A stretch of 64,000 bases of DNA from an uncultured delta proteobacterium (GTDB lineage Bacteria > Desulfobacterota > BSN033 > UBA1163), in NCBI GenBank assembly GCA_963827685.1, contig CAWHBU010000005.1, forward strand, positions 32,001 through 96,000, given 5' to 3'. Below the pieces are notes generated by a model, which made no database searches, was not told the DNA's origin, and was given only the letters and a program-made list of their open reading frames with translations. The position numbers and the translations under genes are program-made. Positions 59,874 to 64,000 of this stretch are shown here, one piece after another. Each line of letters starts with the position of its first letter. The stretch's first letter is position 1.

Positions 59874-60070
59874 GAGGGCTCACACTTGCAACAGGCTCGT
59901 GGCGAACATGAGGCAGGACTGAAAAATGTATTGACAAAAAATCTCTTTTGGACTACAGGTCATAAATGAGAGGGAGCGAGTCACGAACATTTTAAGAGAC
60001 AATCTGTTTCAAGTTCCAATTGGAACGTATGGAAGAGAGACACAAAAATCTTAAATCAAAGGAGGTTATT

Positions 60071-61339
60071 ATGAAGCGAGCAGTCTATTTTCCCATCGTT
60101 CTATTCTTAATCTTCTTTTCTTTCCCTTGCCTATCGAATTCGGCTGAAAAACCTATTGTGATTGGGGCACCTTTATCCACTGCATTTCTTTACGGATGGG
60201 ATGCAGAAAGGGCAATCAAGTTGGCTGTGGAAGAAATTAACGCAAAAGGAGGGGTGACCGTCGGTAAAGAGAAAAGACCCTTTAAGGTGGAGGTGATCGA
60301 TACCCGGGATCTCGAACCTGGAGTGCCGGTCAGTGATGCCCTGTTGGTGGTGGAGAAACTCATCTTGGAAAAAAATGCTGATTTCTTTGTCGGTGGGCCA
60401 GTTCGGTCTGAAGCAGCGTTGGCAGCGATGGACTTACTCTCCAAATATAAGAAGGTATCTATTCTGACCACTGGTGCGCTAACCCCTAAGTATCATCAAC
60501 GGGTTGCAGAGGAATACGATAAATTTAAGTATTGTTTCAGAATCTCCGGCGAAGTGGGCTGGATGGTTACAGGAGAATTTCTCCCCTGCCTTGTGGATAT
60601 CAAAGCAAAATACGGCCTCAATAAACTTTTCATCATGATCCAGGATGTCGCTCATGCCCGAGGGGGAGGTGATCTTGTAGGCAAACTGGCTTCGGAGAAA
60701 GGTTGGGAGATTGTGGGTAAGGAGATCTTTCCAACTGGAACAACAGACTATTCTGTGGGGCTGATGAAGGCTAAAAAAGAGAATGCCCAGGTGATTCTTA
60801 TATGGATGGATATGCCGGAAAGTTCCATCCTCCTTAAGCAGTGGTATGATATGAAAGTACCCGCACTCCCTTTTGGCACAATCATTTCTGCTGCTGAGGA
60901 GCCTGGATTTTGGAAGGCCACAGAAGGAAAAGGAGAATATGCTCTGGCCAGTGTGGTCAATGCAGGTAATGCACCATCTAAAGCCACTCCATGGACGATG
61001 AAGTTCGTTGAAGCCTATACGAAAAGATGGAAGGTAGAACCTGAAGGTTACGGGACTTCATCAAGTTACATGGCAGTCTATGTTTTAAAAGGTGCCATTG
61101 AGCGGGCTGGTTCCCTTAATTCAGATGCAGTGGTTGCAGCTCTTGAAAAAACTGACTTAATGGGAGTCTATGGGAGAATAAGATTCAATCCGAAAAACCA
61201 CCAGGTGATCCCGAGCGTTGATCCGAATGAGGGAGCCGTTGGAACGATCTTCCAGTGGCAGGCTGGGAAGAGGGTCGTAGTGTTCCCGCCCAAAATTGCC
61301 GTGGGCGAGATCAAACTTCCTCCCTGGATGAAGAAGTAA
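60071..61339 (+). CDS. ABC substrate-binding protein, branched-chain amino acid type
   Basis: RBS GGAGG, signal peptide, AVEEINAKGG. Confidence 0.92.
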   Translation: MKRAVYFPIVLFLIFFSFPCLSNSAEKPIVIGAPLSTAFLYGWDAERAIKLAVEEINAKGGVTVGKEKRPFKVEVIDTRDLEPGVPVSDALLVVEKLILEKNADFFVGGPVRSEAALAAMDLLSKYKKVSILTTGALTPKYHQRVAEEYDKFKYCFRISGEVGWMVTGEFLPCLVDIKAKYGLNKLFIMIQDVAHARGGGDLVGKLASEKGWEIVGKEIFPTGTTDYSVGLMKAKKENAQVILIWMDMPESSILLKQWYDMKVPALPFGTIISAAEEPGFWKATEGKGEYALASVVNAGNAPSKATPWTMKFVEAYTKRWKVEPEGYGTSSSYMAVYVLKGAIERAGSLNSDAVVAALEKTDLMGVYGRIRFNPKNHQVIPSVDPNEGAVGTIFQWQAGKRVVVFPPKIAVGEIKLPPWMKK

Positions 61340-61608
61340 AGAAAAAGGATCATTGCAAAATACAAAGTTAGCAATGCAAAGCGATCAATGAGAAGAAGTA
61401 AATTGACAGTTGCTAATTTTAAAATGTTAATTTTGCAATGACGATCTGAAATGGCCCAGGCTGTGCCAGGTTAAGATAAGGGGATGAGGGGGAAACCCCT
61501 CTCCCTTTTTTGCAACAACATTGCAAATTTAAAATTGTAAAATTCGCAATCATCAATCTAAATTGTTAACTTTGCACTGATCACTTTGCAATCTGCATTG
61601 AGTCTGTT

Positions 61609-62475
61609 ATGGATATCCTCATCTACGGAATTATCAATAGCTTTTCACTTGCATTAATGGCCATCGGCTTCACCTTGGTTTACGGGACCAGTCGGCTTCC
61701 CAACTTCGCCCACGGGGCATTGTATGTGGTCACAGGGTTTCTTGTTTGGAGTCTTATACACCTCCTCAAATTAAACTATGTCATTTCCATTATCTTAGCG
61801 CTGGTGATCATGGGGTTGGTTGGAGCAGCCATCTATCGGTTCGTTCTCATTCGTGTGAGAGGGATGGCTACATCTGAGATAATCGCAACCTATGCCCTGG
61901 GACTAGCTGTTCTCGAAGGCTTGCGTTGGGGTGGCTTTAAAGGGATGACCTATACACTTCCTGTTTTCATTGAAGGCAGTGTCAATATTGGAGGGATCCC
62001 TGTTGACCTTCAACGAATCATCGTCGTGGGAATAGGGATAGTAGTCGTTACCTTCATGTGGCTCTTCACCCATTTTAACAAGACCGGCTTGGCATTGAGA
62101 GGAATGGCCCAGGATGAACACGCTGCCATGATGCTGGGAATAGATTCCGACCGAATGGGTGTCATTGCCATGGCCATGGGATCTATTTTGGCTGGCCTCT
62201 CCGCCATTGCTTTACTTCCTTTAGGAAACATCGTTGTGGAGGCGGGTTACAATGTTTTGATCCTTTCGATCGCTGTATGCATTGTGGGAGGATTAGGCAG
62301 CTGGGTAGGTGCCATCCTTGCGGCTTTTATGATTGGGTTCCTTCAAATCATTACTGTTGCCTACATCCAATCCCATTTCCAGATGGTCGTCGCACTCCTG
62401 GCTATTATCGTCACACTTATATTGAGACCTTCTGGACTTTTTGGCAGACAAAAGGAACTGGAGGAAAGAGTATAA
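61609..62475 (+). CDS. Branched-chain amino acid ABC permease (LivH-like)
   Basis: GFTLVYG...NFAHG, GGLGS, RPSGLFG. Confidence 0.92.
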   Translation: MDILIYGIINSFSLALMAIGFTLVYGTSRLPNFAHGALYVVTGFLVWSLIHLLKLNYVISIILALVIMGLVGAAIYRFVLIRVRGMATSEIIATYALGLAVLEGLRWGGFKGMTYTLPVFIEGSVNIGGIPVDLQRIIVVGIGIVVVTFMWLFTHFNKTGLALRGMAQDEHAAMMLGIDSDRMGVIAMAMGSILAGLSAIALLPLGNIVVEAGYNVLILSIAVCIVGGLGSWVGAILAAFMIGFLQIITVAYIQSHFQMVVALLAIIVTLILRPSGLFGRQKELEERV

Positions 62476-62571
62476 AAACGAACTCAATGCAAAATGCAAA
62501 TTTCAAAATTTAAATCCCCCCTCTCCCCCCTTTACTAAAGGGGGGGGTGGGGGGATTATCGGAGATAAAGT

Positions 62572-63585
62572 TTGCAAAATCAAGAAAGACGCAAAGAGAG
62601 AATAGATCGGGGTATCAAAGTCCGGACAGAAGGGATCTACGCCGTCTCTTCATGGCAAGAGGTTACTTACCTCGTTCTTCCGAGACTGATTTTAATTGTA
62701 GGTCTTCTTCTCCTTCCTCTTCTCATGCCATCCCTTTATTGGAATAGAGTCATCTCCATTGTCGGTATATACGTCCTGCTCGCTCTCGGGTTTGATTTCT
62801 TAGCCCATTTTGTAGGATTGGTTTCCCTGGGAGGCGCTTTCTTTATTGGGGTAGGCGGATACACTGCGGCCATCCTCAATAAATCCTTGGGTCTCTCACC
62901 TGTTCTTACCATTCCCATGGCCACCATTGGTGGAGCTATTATTTGCACCCTTCTACTTCTTCCTGCCCTTCCCCTTAGAGGAGTCTATTTTGCTATTGTG
63001 ACCCTTATGTACCCTCTGGCCCTCATGAGAATCATTGAAGCATTGAATATCTTCGGTGGAACAGATGGTATTCTCGGGGTGGCCAGTCTCCCCAGCAGAT
63101 GGATTGAAGAGTATCTTATCATCTTAATCGTGATCTTCGCGCTATTTGGGTTAAGGAGATTGGTGAATGAGGATATTGGGCTGGTGTTCCGCGGAGTAAA
63201 AGATAATGATCAAGCGGTCAGAGCCTCCGGATTAAGCATTACCCTTTACAAAGCCATTGCCGTTTTCATTGCCTCCGGACTCGGTTCACTCGGGGGGGCC
63301 TATCTCTCCCATATTTACATGTGGTCGGGAATATCCCAATTCGCTCTGGATTTCTCTGTCATTCCCATTGCCGCCACAGTGATCGGTGGAGGGGGCACGT
63401 TGGTGGGTCCTTTGCTGGGTTGCTTTATCCTTGTCCCCGTTTCAGAACTACTGCGTGCCTTCGGGACGCTCAGAATCGTCTTCTATGCCGTCATATTAAT
63501 GGCTTTCATCATGTATCGAAGTGAAGGGATCATGGTTTACGCCCAGCGGAAATACCATCAGTTTGAGAGGTGGGTGAAGGTATGA
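62572..63585 (+). CDS. Branched-chain amino acid ABC permease (LivM-like)
   Basis: GLVSLG, LRGVYFAIVTL, GGTDG, IGGGGTLVGP. Confidence 0.9.
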   Translation: MQNQERRKERIDRGIKVRTEGIYAVSSWQEVTYLVLPRLILIVGLLLLPLLMPSLYWNRVISIVGIYVLLALGFDFLAHFVGLVSLGGAFFIGVGGYTAAILNKSLGLSPVLTIPMATIGGAIICTLLLLPALPLRGVYFAIVTLMYPLALMRIIEALNIFGGTDGILGVASLPSRWIEEYLIILIVIFALFGLRRLVNEDIGLVFRGVKDNDQAVRASGLSITLYKAIAVFIASGLGSLGGAYLSHIYMWSGISQFALDFSVIPIAATVIGGGGTLVGPLLGCFILVPVSELLRAFGTLRIVFYAVILMAFIMYRSEGIMVYAQRKYHQFERWVKV

Positions 63586-64000
63586 GTGGAGAGGACATAC
63601 TCCAAGTAAAAGATGTCTGCAAAACCTTCGGTGGTGTTCAGGCATTGCTGAATGTCAGTTTTAGTGTTCAGCAGGGCGAGGTCTTTGGCATCATCGGTCC
63701 TAATGGATCAGGGAAAACGACGCTCATCAATTGCATTACCGGCTTTATCAAGATGGATTCTGGGAAAGTCCTTTATAAAGGTAAAAATATCAGTAACAGG
63801 ACGCCCAATAAGATTGCCAATCTTGGACTCACAAGAACCTTCCAGATCATGAGGCCTTACTACAGCCTTCCCGCATATAAGAACCTTATTATTCCCCTCT
63901 TCTCCCCAAGAGCGAGACGTAAAGGTGGGTGGCGGGGAGGAGGTAAACTTGGAGACAGAGGAACGGTAAGCATCGATATCTTGGAAGAGATTGGCTTCGA
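63582..64000 (+). CDS. ABC ATP-binding protein (LivG-like), truncated by the window edge
   Basis: ATGA overlap with the permease stop; KTFGGVQAL, GPNGSGKTT, TRTFQ. Confidence 0.9.
   Translation, partial: MSGEDILQVKDVCKTFGGVQALLNVSFSVQQGEVFGIIGPNGSGKTTLINCITGFIKMDSGKVLYKGKNISNRTPNKIANLGLTRTFQIMRPYYSLPAYKNLIIPLFSPRARRKGGWRGGGKLGDRGTVSIDILEEIGF

Overview
Bacterial chromosomal window; gene content (DprA/TopA, sigma54 systems, Liv-type ABC transporters, DUF362) is consistent with a Desulfobacterota/deltaproteobacterial genome (inference). 1-13.8 kb is housekeeping: topA, dprA, LysM protein, tRNA methyltransferase, polyprenyl synthase, trxA, TlpA, MinD-like ATPase, amrS, pncB and TraB/GumN. About 15-50 kb is a minus-strand accretion zone of short gene units: toxin-antitoxin pairs, five HTH-nucleotidyltransferase antitoxins with amputated HEPN partners, an Argonaute PIWI fragment, two ORF6N genes, Fic, metabolic and transport singletons, and two IS elements. 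From 23.4 to 38.2 kb these units are delimited by 13 same-orientation copies of a 26-bp motif (GGGCCAACTTTTTTATGGATGACACC), often paired with a TCAAGACCTGACACC-type motif. The result is an integron-like cassette array with no attC sites and no integrase in view; this is the best candidate for an undescribed system. A different repeat module punctuates 39.6-49.4 kb. 51.7-64 kb holds two divergent branched-chain amino acid-type ABC operons around a PAS histidine kinase / sigma54 response regulator pair. All calls come from reading the sequence by eye; no database searches were run.
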